From Proteiniphilum sp. (GTDB lineage Bacteria > Bacteroidota > Bacteroidia > Bacteroidales > Dysgonomonadaceae), in the NCBI GenBank assembly GCA_041676805.1, contig JBAYRG010000001.1, positions 1 to 47,354 on the forward strand: 47,354 bases of DNA. Direction: 5' to 3'. The translations under genes were made by a program, and so were the position numbers. The notes beneath the pieces were generated by a model that was not told where the DNA came from, ran no database searches, and saw only the letters and a list, made by a program, of their open reading frames with translations. Every line of letters starts with the position of its first letter. Positions within the stretch are counted from its first letter, which is position 1. Positions 9,577 to 19,405 of the stretch are shown in pieces.

Positions 9577-10527
9577 TCACCTCAGCTTGAGCAGATCTCC
9601 CTCTTCAGGGATATATTCATAGCTCTTCTTATTAATTCGATATAAATTGCGCAGTTGAATTCCATATTTCTGTGAGATGCTATACATAGATTCTCCCACC
9701 TGTACGGTATGAAATTCATACGGTTTATCGGCACGCGTTTTCTTTTTCTGGAAATAGACGATATCACCTTCGCTCAAAGGGAAGTCTTCAGGGACTTCAT
9801 TGAATTTCAGCAGTTCTTTTTCTTTGAAGCCGAATTCCCGTGCAATATTCCCGAAAGTATCACCATCTACAGCAATCACATATACCAGACCGTGCGTGAT
9901 ATAGGGTTGATGCGTCCAGGTTACCTGTGTCACTTCTCTCTCACGTTGCTCATTCCGTTCCCTGCGGCTAACCCCTTTGCGGTATTTTTTATCATCGAAG
10001 CGATACAACTCGTAATCTTCGATCAGTTTGATCAATTTATTAGCATATGCCCTATCAGTGGCGTAACCCAACTTTTGGAGCCCTTTTGCCCATCCCTTAT
10101 AATCAGTAACAGAAAGGTCGAACAAAGGTTTATAGCGACTACTATACGCTAAAAATTCCGAATGGTCCTGATACGAATCCTCCACGCTATTATACTTCCG
10201 GAAGCAATCATTAGGTGTATCATCGGCAGCATATACCGTACCTCCACTCCATCCGCGATGGCATTTGATCCCAAAATGGTTGTTGGAACGACGGGCCAAA
10301 TCACTCATCCCTGCTCCCGATTCGAGGATTCCCTGTGCCAACGTGATAGATGCAGGTATTTTATATTTCTCCATATGTGCTACTGCCAAATCACTGTACT
10401 TTCGGATATAATTCTCGTAGGTGCTCACTCTGGCTTGCGCTGACAAATGATGAGCCGGAGCAAATAAAAAAGAGAAAACGACAAAGAGCAGTAAAAAACA
10501 TCTATATTTGTGAAACAAATTTTGCAT
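9577..10527 (-). CDS. GH73 glucosaminidase with C-terminal LysM domains (peptidoglycan hydrolase)
   Basis: Signal peptide, IPASITLAQGILESG, NNHFGIKC, GYATDRAY and two LysM-like repeats (VDGDTFGNIA; VQVGESMYSISQKYG). Start placed at MQNLFH. Confidence 0.9.
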   Translation of the reverse strand: MQNLFHKYRCFLLLFVVFSFLFAPAHHLSAQARVSTYENYIRKYSDLAVAHMEKYKIPASITLAQGILESGAGMSDLARRSNNHFGIKCHRGWSGGTVYAADDTPNDCFRKYNSVEDSYQDHSEFLAYSSRYKPLFDLSVTDYKGWAKGLQKLGYATDRAYANKLIKLIEDYELYRFDDKKYRKGVSRRERNEQREREVTQVTWTHQPYITHGLVYVIAVDGDTFGNIAREFGFKEKELLKFNEVPEDFPLSEGDIVYFQKKKTRADKPYEFHTVQVGESMYSISQKYGIQLRNLYRINKKSYEYIPEEGDLLKLR

Positions 10528-10643
10528 TATGAAATGAGCATGAATTACTTTGTAATCGACGGAGTCAAAATTATTTTCACACAAGAACATGATTAAAAGC
10601 GAGTTCCATACGACAACCTTTGAAAATCAATAATTTTAATCGT

Positions 10644-11123
10644 ATGAAAGAAATCAATTTAACCACAAAGATAGCTGTTTATCTATTAGCAGAATGCTCC
10701 GAAATGGAAAAAAAACTTATAGAAGCAGCAAAGGAGGCCACAAAAAAAGCATATGCACCCTATTCGGGATTCAGGGTGGGTGCCGCCGTTCTGTTGGCAA
10801 ACGGCGAAATTATCTCCGGCAACAACCAGGAAAACGCCGCTTACCCGTCGGGATTATGTGCGGAGAGAACCACTGTCTTCTTTGCCAATGCCACCTATCC
10901 CGATCAGAGGATTGAAGCTATCGCTATCGCCGCCTATCATAACGGTGGATTCACCGACGATGTGATCACTCCCTGTGGAGGCTGCCGGCAGGTACTGTTA
11001 GAGACAGAAAATCGTTTCAATGCGCCCATAAAAATATTGATGTACGGCAAGGGAACTGTCTATCTGCTCGAAAGTGCAAAGGATTTACTGCCGCTCAGCT
11101 TCGGGAATAAAATGTTAAAATGA
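10644..11123 (+). CDS. cdd: Cytidine deaminase
   Basis: AYAPYSGFRVGAA, NQENAAYPSGLCAER and PCGGCRQ zinc motifs; likely start is MKEINL. Confidence 0.95.
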   Translation: MKEINLTTKIAVYLLAECSEMEKKLIEAAKEATKKAYAPYSGFRVGAAVLLANGEIISGNNQENAAYPSGLCAERTTVFFANATYPDQRIEAIAIAAYHNGGFTDDVITPCGGCRQVLLETENRFNAPIKILMYGKGTVYLLESAKDLLPLSFGNKMLK

Positions 11124-11612
11124 CGCTTCGTAGAGTGTCACCAGATACCATTTCTCATCGATCAGCGTAAAATAATAATCAGCATAAATACCATTATTGA
11201 TTCCTCGGATTTCCACCACAGCGGTATCCCTTCTATAGCGCACGCCTTGGTAATACTGGTCATAAGTGCGCGTCAGATAAGTGCTGTCATAAGTAAGATC
11301 GAGCAATTCCCATTCGTATCTTCCGATAGTTTCTTCCATGGGAGCCATCCCTTCATGTTCATCATCGGGAACGATCACGTTAATAGGGAATTTGATCCGC
11401 TCCAATTGAAACGCCTCGTAAGTACTGAATTTACGGATAAACTGATCGAAATCTTCCTCTCCCAAGTCCCTCTCTTGCCCACTGTCCGCTTCGCTCGCTT
11501 CCGTCTTTTCTTTTCCTTTATCCATCACACTGCCTCTCCTTTCTGCACTTTGCGTACAGGAGAAAAGAAAAAGCAGGAAGAGACAGAAAAAGATATAATT
11601 CGAAATTTTCAT
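11115..11612 (-). CDS. DUF4348-like lipoprotein
   Basis: Lipobox LFSC; EDFDQFIRKF...FQLERIKFP and GINNGIYADYYF...WYL patterns. Confidence 0.7.
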   Translation of the reverse strand: MKISNYIFFCLFLLFLFSCTQSAERRGSVMDKGKEKTEASEADSGQERDLGEEDFDQFIRKFSTYEAFQLERIKFPINVIVPDDEHEGMAPMEETIGRYEWELLDLTYDSTYLTRTYDQYYQGVRYRRDTAVVEIRGINNGIYADYYFTLIDEKWYLVTLYEASF

Positions 11613-11668
11613 CGCTAGGTAGGCCTCTATTGATCCGGTTTTGATTTCAACTATTGTTTTTTACAGTA

Positions 11669-11766
11669 CAAAGGTATAAAAATTAAGGTGATAATCAAAC
11701 AGTAACTCCACTATTTTTATTTCCTACCATATCCATAAAGAGTAAAAGAAAATATCCTTATCTTTG
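11669..11766. promoter_or_regulatory. Divergent promoter pair
   Basis: Minus strand: TACCTTTG (11669-11676) with a TTTG -33 box 19 nt upstream (11696-11699). Plus strand: TATCTTTG (11759-11766) ahead of the DUF4922 gene. Confidence 0.65.
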
Positions 11767-11786
11767 CTTTTAAAAATCGGTACTGA

Positions 11787-12629
11787 ATGGATCTTCAAAC
11801 GGAAATAAGCCATTTGTTTTTTGCACAACAGAGAGATTGGGAGCAGTTAAGAAATGGTATTTTACAGATGGATAATCTGCGGGAGAAAGAGTTTACATGG
11901 GGCGGCGACTACCGGATAAAACTGCAGTTCAATCCGGCACGGATGGTCTCTACGGCAGCGACAATCAATAAGGAGACGATTGAAAAACGCCCCTGTTTCT
12001 TATGTGCGGCCAATCGGCCGGCGCAACAAAATGGAATTGCATTCATGAAGAGATATACTATTCTCTGCAATCCCTACCCCATCCTGAAAAATCATCTTAC
12101 TATTCCTCTTCATTCGCATGTGCCACAACGCATCCGTAAGAAAATGGAAGATATGCTTACATTGGCGGAACAACTCCCCGATTACCTGATCTTTTACAAT
12201 GGTCCTAAATGCGGGGCATCCGCACCCGACCATTTTCACTTACAGGCAGGAGTTAAACTTCCTTTGTTAATGCAGGGAGACAACGAACTACGTTCATGCC
12301 TCCAAATCGAAAGTGAAAACAAAAGCGAAATGCGAGAGCTCTTTGAAGATGTATATCAGTATCTTCATTATCTTCAACCGGAAGAGAGAGAGCCAATGAT
12401 GAACATAATCGCTTTTACAGAGAATAACAGATACAAACTCCATATTTTTCCCCGTAAAGCACATCGCCCGGGTCATTATTACGAGAAGGGGAATAAGCAG
12501 CTACTCATCAGCCCCGGCGCACTCGACATGGCCGGATTGATGATCTGTGTGAGGGAGGAAGATTTTGAAAAAATCAGTAAACAAGATATTGAAGATATTT
12601 ATTCGCAGGTCTCTACGCCTGTTATTTGA
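11787..12629 (+). CDS. DUF4922 family HIT-like nucleotidyltransferase/phosphorylase
   Basis: QFNPARMVST, RPCFLC, NPYPI, YNGPKCGASAPDHFHLQ (HxHxQ) and SPGALDMAG. Confidence 0.85.
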   Translation: MDLQTEISHLFFAQQRDWEQLRNGILQMDNLREKEFTWGGDYRIKLQFNPARMVSTAATINKETIEKRPCFLCAANRPAQQNGIAFMKRYTILCNPYPILKNHLTIPLHSHVPQRIRKKMEDMLTLAEQLPDYLIFYNGPKCGASAPDHFHLQAGVKLPLLMQGDNELRSCLQIESENKSEMRELFEDVYQYLHYLQPEEREPMMNIIAFTENNRYKLHIFPRKAHRPGHYYEKGNKQLLISPGALDMAGLMICVREEDFEKISKQDIEDIYSQVSTPVI

Positions 12630-12690
12630 GATCGATATAGAAAACTAACGACAAATTTCAATGCTGAAACATCGCAAAATTATCCCGATA

Positions 12691-13923
12691 ATGGAAAAAT
12701 CAGAAATCATTTTACTCAATATCAACGGAGAAGACAAACCAGGCTTGACAGCCGCCCTCACGGAAATTCTGGCACGTCACGATGCTTTTATCCTTGACGT
12801 GGGACAATCGGATATCCATAGGAACCTCTCACTGGGAATTCTATTCAGGTCGAAGACCAATATCTCCGGAGAAATAATGAAAGATCTGCTCTTCAAAGCC
12901 TACGAAATGGATGTAAATATCCGTTTCTTGCCCATTTCGGATGAAGAATACTCCAACTGGGTTGGGTTACAGGGTAAAAATCGATATATCATCACACTAT
13001 TAGGGAGGATACTTACTGCGAAACAGATTGCCAGCGTTTCAAAAATTATTGCCGAACAGAATCTCAATATCGACAATATGGTACGTTTGACCGGCCGTAT
13101 CCCGCTTGACGAGAAAGAACGGGCAGCACAATCGTGTGTGGAACTGTCGGTAAGAGGCACACCCGCCGACCGGCAGCAGATGCAACAGGCATTCCTGGAG
13201 CTCACCTCTTCACTCAATTTCGACATCTCCTTTCAAGAAGAGAGCATGTTCAGACGTATGCGCAGGCTCATTTGCTTCGATATGGACTCCACCCTTATCC
13301 AGACAGAGGTGATCGATGAGTTGGCAGAAAGAGCAGGTGTGGGCAATGAAGTAAAGGGCATCACAGAACTGGCCATGCAAGGCGAGATTGATTTTAACGA
13401 GAGCTTCCGGCAACGAGTGAAATTGCTGAAAGGGCTTGATGTTTCCGTGATGAAAGAGATTGCCGAAAATCTCCCCATCACCGAGGGTGTTGAACGATTA
13501 GTGAAAGTACTACAGAAAGTGGGATTCAAAACCGCCATATTGTCAGGTGGATTCAGCTATTTCGGCAACTATCTGAAAGAGAAATATGGATTCGACTATA
13601 TGTATGCCAACGAATTGGAAATTGAAAATGGGAAACTCACCGGCAACTACCTGGGAGATATTGTCGATGGTAAAAGGAAAGCGGAATTATTGAGGCTCAT
13701 CGCACAAGTCGAAAAAATCGATCTACGTCAAACAGTGGCAGTAGGCGATGGAGCCAATGACCTGCCCATGTTAGGAATAGCCGGTCTGGGCATTGCCTTT
13801 CATGCCAAACCAAAAGTAAAACAAAATGCGGACCAGTCGCTCTCCACAGTAGGTATTGACGGCATACTCTATTTTCTTGGGTATAAAGACTCTATGCTCG
13901 ACAGTGAAATTATCAACAGTTAG
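12691..13923 (+). CDS. serB: Phosphoserine phosphatase with N-terminal ACT domains
   Basis: GEDKPGLTA (ACT), FDMDSTLI (HAD motif I), LSGGF and GDGANDLPM; likely start is MEKSEII. Confidence 0.95.
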   Translation: MEKSEIILLNINGEDKPGLTAALTEILARHDAFILDVGQSDIHRNLSLGILFRSKTNISGEIMKDLLFKAYEMDVNIRFLPISDEEYSNWVGLQGKNRYIITLLGRILTAKQIASVSKIIAEQNLNIDNMVRLTGRIPLDEKERAAQSCVELSVRGTPADRQQMQQAFLELTSSLNFDISFQEESMFRRMRRLICFDMDSTLIQTEVIDELAERAGVGNEVKGITELAMQGEIDFNESFRQRVKLLKGLDVSVMKEIAENLPITEGVERLVKVLQKVGFKTAILSGGFSYFGNYLKEKYGFDYMYANELEIENGKLTGNYLGDIVDGKRKAELLRLIAQVEKIDLRQTVAVGDGANDLPMLGIAGLGIAFHAKPKVKQNADQSLSTVGIDGILYFLGYKDSMLDSEIINS

Positions 13924-13943
13924 TCTATTAAAAACAGGGTGGT

Positions 13944-14855
13944 ATGGATTTTGCAGATATGTTATTAAATCGCTTCGACGGTGAGGCGGAAATGAAAATA
14001 AACAATAATGCATTGATCTGTTTCTCTACGTTAGAAACAGGTAAGGTATTGAGCAAGCTGGCCACCTGGATTATCCGGTCAAAATCGGAAAAATCAGCCA
14101 TCACGCTTCTTTATTTTATCGAAAAATCGGAAGAGATACGCCTCAATGAAGAGATGGACGAATATAAGCACAAGATTATCTCCGATTTCATCTCCACGGA
14201 AGAAAAAGATAAGATCACTCTACGCTTATTCATCCAATCGTCCGACGACTATTATGCAGATATCATAAAAATCTCTGAGGAGCAGAGATCCAATCTGATT
14301 TTATTAGGTATCCACTATCAAGAGCTTAATCCCGGAATAATAAAAAAATATGGACAACTCAAAAGTGACCCAACTCTGTCTGATATTTTCATACTCGATC
14401 AATTTGAGGAAAAAGAAGCGGAAACGTTGAAAGATCTCAATGCTATGTTCAATAAGAACAGAGTATCTACAGCACTTTTCCTGGATAATGGCACGACGCA
14501 GTTCAAAAGATTATTTATTCCCATTCTACAGAAGTCCGACATACATATCTTCGCTTATATTTATCGGATTGCCCAGCAGGAGAATGTGAAAATCATGATC
14601 TGGGATGCAATTGGCATGATTGGATCGGAAGTGAAGATTCAGAAGCTTTACCAATTCATCAGCAAGAGAACAGAAGGACGCATCCACCTGTGGGACAATA
14701 ACAAAAAGATAGGATGTGATTTTATCAGTGAACAAGATCTTATGATTATCGGTCTCGAAGGATGGCGTAAATTGATCTGTACACCCCTGCCCTGGACAGA
14801 CTGTCTTCCGTCAACGCTTATCATCAAAGAGACAATAAATTCAATCCAATTATGA
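13944..14855 (+). CDS. Hypothetical soluble protein resembling the USP-like C-terminal region of Bacteroidota cation:proton antiporters
   Basis: No transmembrane segments. LICFSTLETGKVLSKLA, ITLLYF, SNLILLG, LFIPIL and QDLMIIGLEGWRKL...PSTLIIK recall antiporter C-terminal domains (from memory, unverified). Confidence 0.5.
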   Translation: MDFADMLLNRFDGEAEMKINNNALICFSTLETGKVLSKLATWIIRSKSEKSAITLLYFIEKSEEIRLNEEMDEYKHKIISDFISTEEKDKITLRLFIQSSDDYYADIIKISEEQRSNLILLGIHYQELNPGIIKKYGQLKSDPTLSDIFILDQFEEKEAETLKDLNAMFNKNRVSTALFLDNGTTQFKRLFIPILQKSDIHIFAYIYRIAQQENVKIMIWDAIGMIGSEVKIQKLYQFISKRTEGRIHLWDNNKKIGCDFISEQDLMIIGLEGWRKLICTPLPWTDCLPSTLIIKETINSIQL

Positions 14856-14986
14856 AACGAGCATAATAGCCGTTCTCTTCCGAGTTCATTATTATCGCGA
14901 GTTGCCCCCGGCTAAAACTTCAGAAGAAGTCGGCAATTTCGTTTCGCTCAATTGTCATACACCGACAAGAAAAATAAAACAACCGT

Positions 14987-17206
14987 ATGAATTCATCCGA
15001 TATAAAGAAAAAACTGGCCACTATCTACTCATACATCGAACAGAAGCAGTTGAAAAATGCCCTTGAAGGCATCAAAGAATTTTCAGCCGTACGACAGAAC
15101 TGGATAGTATCAGAAAGAATAACCGAACTAACCACTAATTATCAGTTCATGCTTCACTACCTGATTGAAGGCAAAAAAGACCCGGAACAGCAACGCATTT
15201 ACAACAAGTTAATCCGCGACATATATACCGTAGCGGAAGATGCTGCAGAACAACTGCTCCTACAAGAAAGTGCGTCCATCTTTTTCGATAAAATGAGGTT
15301 GATGGGGGTGCGTACCCCGATAACCATGGAAGAGTATAGGCATATTATCACCAAACAGGCAGACACCCTCTCTTTTATCGATTTGCTGGAGGAGGGGCCC
15401 GAAAGGGAGTCTCGCATCAGGCAAGCCACAATCACACATGAAAATACACAACAGGACCTGTTCTATACAGTTTTTGTCTCCCCACGGGCAGATAACGACT
15501 TCATCACCTCCTGCCGCCATTTCATGGAAGAGGAGTCAGTGCCACACCAGGATAAAATGCTCTTTATTTCGGCGATGACGATGAATATCTTACAGCGTTT
15601 CGATGCGCGGAAGATTGAATTCCTGCTCGACATGTGCAATCATCCGGAACCGGAGCTGGCTATCCGCTCCATCACCGCTATTATCCCCATCTTCCAGATA
15701 TACAATTCACGATTAGAATTGTACTCCGGATGCAGCAATCGGGTGAAGTTGCTTTCCGACGATAAAACTTTTGGACGCCGTTTTATTGCGGCAATCATCG
15801 GCTTTATTCAGGCACACGAAACCGAAAAAATCACTAAAAAACTGACCGAAGAGATCATCCCCGAGATGATGAAGCTGAGCCCGATGATCGGGAAGAAGAT
15901 CAAATTGGATGAGTGGATGGGTGAAACCGGCTTCGACGAGAAGAATCCCGAATGGCAGAAGATATTGGATGAAGCGGGATTAACAGATAAACTACAGGAA
16001 TTTACAGAGTTGCAAATGGAAGGGGCTGATGTGTTCCATTCCACCTTCTCGAACCTCAAGTCCTATCCTTTCTTCCAACAGATGAGCAACTGGTTTTTGC
16101 CGTTCACACCACAACACAGCAGTATACAACAACTCTTTCACAACCGGTCGGAAAGAGATTCTCTCGTGGAAGCTCTCTCCGGATCGTCTCTTATTTGTAA
16201 TTCCGATAAATACTCATTTTGTCTCAGTATCATGATGATGCCCGAGAATTACAGGAAGATGATGGCCTCTCAATTAGGAGCCGAAAGCGATGAACTGAAA
16301 AATATGCAGACGGAGGAAGAGACCCTCAAGCCTTTCCAGAAAGAAGAGACAATGATCAAACAGTATATCCAGGATCTCTACCGTTTCTTTAAATTGTTTC
16401 CCCGCCGTAATGAATTTCATGATATCTTTGAATTGCCGCTCAATTACCACCGGTTACCGGCATTTCAACCGGTGGTGATGCAGCCCAACCATTTAGAGAA
16501 GATAGCGCTCTACTACTTCGAAAAAAACAATTTTAACGAAGCGCTTAACGCCTACACTCTTTTAGCGGAAACAAGAAATGGAAAGAGTGAAATCTGGCAG
16601 AAGATAGGTTATTGCCGACAGATGATGGCCGATATGAAAGAAGCATTGGATGCCTACTTGCATGCTGACCTGATGGAAGAGAATAACACATGGGTACTGA
16701 CTCGAATTGCCCATTGCTACAGGGTGCTGAAAGAACCTGTCACTGCCTTGGAGTATTACCGCCGACTGGAACAGTTCCGTCCCGACGATCTCAACATCCA
16801 ACTCAACATCGGACATTGCCACTTGGAGCTGAAAGAGTATGAAAAAGCACTCAACTATTACTTCAAGGTGGAGATGCTCAACAGTGATAATACCCGTGCA
16901 TGGCGTTCCATCGCCTGGTGTGCTTTCCTGTCACGCAAGCTCGATGTGGCGGAGAGATATTACACCCGGATTTTAGAGACCAAACCCAATGCCCACGATT
17001 ATCTCAACGCGGGACATGTGGCATTATGCCTGGAGCAGACAAAAAAAACAGTTGAACTTTACACACTCTCACTCGACAAAGCGGGCAGTTTTGAAATATT
17101 TCAATCGATGCTCGCCGAAGATGAAAGTGAGCTACAAGAGGCAGGCGTAAACACCGCCATCCTGCCTATTATTTTAGACAAGATCAGGTACGATCAGGAA
17201 ACGTGA
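14987..17206 (+). CDS. Tetratricopeptide-repeat protein
   Basis: C-terminal TPR repeats (WQKIGYC, RIAHCY, NIGHCH, RSIAWC, NAGHV); GADVFHSTFSNLKSYPFF and CNSDKYSF blocks. Confidence 0.85.
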   Translation: MNSSDIKKKLATIYSYIEQKQLKNALEGIKEFSAVRQNWIVSERITELTTNYQFMLHYLIEGKKDPEQQRIYNKLIRDIYTVAEDAAEQLLLQESASIFFDKMRLMGVRTPITMEEYRHIITKQADTLSFIDLLEEGPERESRIRQATITHENTQQDLFYTVFVSPRADNDFITSCRHFMEEESVPHQDKMLFISAMTMNILQRFDARKIEFLLDMCNHPEPELAIRSITAIIPIFQIYNSRLELYSGCSNRVKLLSDDKTFGRRFIAAIIGFIQAHETEKITKKLTEEIIPEMMKLSPMIGKKIKLDEWMGETGFDEKNPEWQKILDEAGLTDKLQEFTELQMEGADVFHSTFSNLKSYPFFQQMSNWFLPFTPQHSSIQQLFHNRSERDSLVEALSGSSLICNSDKYSFCLSIMMMPENYRKMMASQLGAESDELKNMQTEEETLKPFQKEETMIKQYIQDLYRFFKLFPRRNEFHDIFELPLNYHRLPAFQPVVMQPNHLEKIALYYFEKNNFNEALNAYTLLAETRNGKSEIWQKIGYCRQMMADMKEALDAYLHADLMEENNTWVLTRIAHCYRVLKEPVTALEYYRRLEQFRPDDLNIQLNIGHCHLELKEYEKALNYYFKVEMLNSDNTRAWRSIAWCAFLSRKLDVAERYYTRILETKPNAHDYLNAGHVALCLEQTKKTVELYTLSLDKAGSFEIFQSMLAEDESELQEAGVNTAILPIILDKIRYDQET

Positions 17207-17213
17207 CCAAAAG

Positions 17214-17795
17214 CTACCGGTAGAGTCTGTTTTGATCTATAAAATCATACACTTTCAAGGGTAGGAAAGCGCGTATGTCTCTGCCGTCACGCATACTTTC
17301 CCGGATAAAAGTAGATGAGATTTCCATTATGGGGGCTTTTATAAGCTGTACCGAAGAGTGTAACTGTTGAGGAATCATCACCTCTTCACCCAGTCGCGGA
17401 TAAACAAAGAGTCGATAATTGTTTATCAGTTTCTCAGATTCTTTCCATTTATGGAATTGTTTCCAGTTATCTCCACCTATGATAAGGGTAAAATCTTTAT
17501 CAGGATGTTCACTTGCCAGTTTTGTCAAGGTGTCTATGGTATAAGAGGGGCGGGGCAAATGGAACTCCACATCTGACACCTTCATCCGATCAAATTCTTC
17601 CAGTGCCAGCTGTACCATTTTCAAGCGTAGGGCATCATCCAATAAATCCCCAGCCTCTTTGAGAGGATTGTGCGGAGTGACTACAAACCATACCTCATCC
17701 AGATCGGTGAATTCACAGATATAATTCGCCAGGATAAGATGCCCTATGTGTATGGGATTGAATGATCCCGAAAAAACTCCGACCCTCTCCGTCAC
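17214..17795 (-). CDS. nadD: Nicotinate-nucleotide adenylyltransferase
   Basis: GSFNPIHIGH, SYTIDTL, IIGGDN and ISSTFIR. Its GTG start overlaps the upstream stop (GTGA). Confidence 0.95.
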   Translation of the reverse strand: MTERVGVFSGSFNPIHIGHLILANYICEFTDLDEVWFVVTPHNPLKEAGDLLDDALRLKMVQLALEEFDRMKVSDVEFHLPRPSYTIDTLTKLASEHPDKDFTLIIGGDNWKQFHKWKESEKLINNYRLFVYPRLGEEVMIPQQLHSSVQLIKAPIMEISSTFIRESMRDGRDIRAFLPLKVYDFIDQNRLYR

Positions 17796-18040
17796 CTGTT
17801 CTTTTTAAAGAGAGAGATAAGCCAGAGTAGCAATAGTGCACCCACAAGGGCAGTAATAAGGCTTCCTACTACTCCATCACCGGTACTGACACCCAACAGG
17901 CCGAAAACCCATCCCCCGATCACAGCACCCACAATACCTACCAAAAGATTTACGAGGAAGCCAAAGCCTCCACCTCTCATCAATTTACCTGCCAGCCAAC
18001 CGGCCACGGCACCTACAATGATCCACCATATAAAACCCAT
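17792..18040 (-). CDS. GlsB/YeaQ/YmgE family stress-response membrane protein
   Basis: 82-aa Gly-rich hydrophobic protein: WIIVGAVAGWLAG...VGIVGAVIGG...ALVGALLLL. Confidence 0.9.
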   Translation of the reverse strand: MGFIWWIIVGAVAGWLAGKLMRGGGFGFLVNLLVGIVGAVIGGWVFGLLGVSTGDGVVGSLITALVGALLLLWLISLFKKNR

Positions 18041-18149
18041 AGCTAATCGTTTTTAATATTAATACTTTTTGATTTACTCATCAGAGATTTACTCTCTTAA
18101 TTTGTTAAACACTATCCGTTTAGAAATTGTTTAAAAAATATCAATCAAA

Positions 18150-19292
18150 TTAACTCATTCTTTGTTTATAATCTTCATAACCGAACCGGCGATACAGTTC
18201 AAACTCTCCTTTTGTATTCCAAAGCCCAATCGAGGGATGAGACACACCATTAAACATGGTTGTTTTTACGATTGTATAGTGAATCATATCTTCGAAAATC
18301 ACCCTGTCACCTATCTTCAGTGGCTCATCAAAAGACCACTCCCCCATAAAATCACCGCTCAGGCAACTGTTTCCTCCCATCCGGTAGGTAGGTTTGCCGG
18401 GGACGGGATCCTGGCTGGCCCCACGGATACGGGGTTTATAGGGCATCTCCAGACAATCGGGCATATGACAGGCAAAGGAAACATCGAGCATGGCCGTTTT
18501 TATTCCTCGATTTTCAACAATATCGGCAACTGTAGCCGCCAACACGCCGGTTTCCCAGGCAAAGGCACTACCCGGTTCCATAATAATCTGCAGATGAGGA
18601 TAGCGTTTCTTTAAACCGGCCAGGACCCCTATCAGGTGTTCCACATCATACTCCTTATGAGTTATCAAATGGCCACCACCCAGATTAAACCACTGCACCT
18701 GTTCAAAAAGATGGCCGAACTTATGCTCCACCACTTCCAACGTTTTTTCCAGATCATAAGAGTTATTCTCGCACAAATTATGCAGATGCAGCCCGGTGAC
18801 ACCTTCAGGCAGTTGTACCCCTATCTTGTCAGCAGTCACTCCCAGTCGTGAACCGGGAGAACTGGGATTATAGAGATCGGTATCTACTACCGAAAATTCC
18901 GGGTTAATCCTTATCCCACATTCTATTTTTTTCCCTGAAGCCTGCAGCTGAGGATAGAAGCGTTCGAACTGTGAAAGGGAATTAAAGGTGATATGGCTAC
19001 TGTATTTCAGGAAATAGGGAAAATCGCTGTCGGTATAGGCAGGCGCATACGTATGGGCCGGGCTGCCCATCTCTTCGAAAGCCAACTGTGCTTCTGCAAC
19101 AGAGCTGGCAGTAGAATGACTTATGTATTCCCGCACAATCGGAAATGACTTCCACATGGCGAATGCCTTGAAAGCCAAAATAATCTGTACCCCTGTACGA
19201 TCCTGTACCGATCGGATCAATCGGAGATTCCGGCGAAGCAGCTCCTCTTCCATCACAAAGCAGGGAGAGGGTATTTTGAGGAAATCTATCAT
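18150..19292 (-). CDS. nspC: Carboxynorspermidine decarboxylase
   Basis: LAFKAFA (PLP lysine), RINP, GLHLHNLCE, NLGGGH, EPGSA, HMPDCLEMPY, SCLSGD and VKTTMFNG. Confidence 0.93.
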   Translation of the reverse strand: MIDFLKIPSPCFVMEEELLRRNLRLIRSVQDRTGVQIILAFKAFAMWKSFPIVREYISHSTASSVAEAQLAFEEMGSPAHTYAPAYTDSDFPYFLKYSSHITFNSLSQFERFYPQLQASGKKIECGIRINPEFSVVDTDLYNPSSPGSRLGVTADKIGVQLPEGVTGLHLHNLCENNSYDLEKTLEVVEHKFGHLFEQVQWFNLGGGHLITHKEYDVEHLIGVLAGLKKRYPHLQIIMEPGSAFAWETGVLAATVADIVENRGIKTAMLDVSFACHMPDCLEMPYKPRIRGASQDPVPGKPTYRMGGNSCLSGDFMGEWSFDEPLKIGDRVIFEDMIHYTIVKTTMFNGVSHPSIGLWNTKGEFELYRRFGYEDYKQRMS

Positions 19293-19303
19293 GAGATTTG
19301 AAA

Positions 19304-19398
19304 AAATTACTAATTATTAATTACCAATAACCAATTGGCGATACTTGTCCCGATTTATAGGGATTGCCATTACTCGTCCCGACTTATCGGGATTGCCA
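19304..19398. repeat. Degenerate heptamer run followed by two tandem 28-bp REP-like palindromic units
   Basis: AAATTAC TAATTAT TAATTAC CAATAAC CAATTGG, then TACTTGTCCCGATTTATAGGGATTGCCA (19342-19369) and TACTCGTCCCGACTTATCGGGATTGCCA (19371-19398). Confidence 0.85.
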
Positions 19399-19405
19399 CA
19401 TTAAA

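Noticed and set aside
14856-14986. Possible structured RNA before the TPR gene
   Set aside because: Only short bulged stems (TTGCC/GGCAA, CTTC/GAAG); no riboswitch or Rfam-like motif recognised.
18150-19292. nspC without an adjacent carboxyspermidine dehydrogenase
   Set aside because: Unlinked genes are ordinary in Bacteroidota.
19342-19398. Possible CRISPR repeat pair
   Set aside because: Only two units separated by one base, with no spacer and no cas genes.
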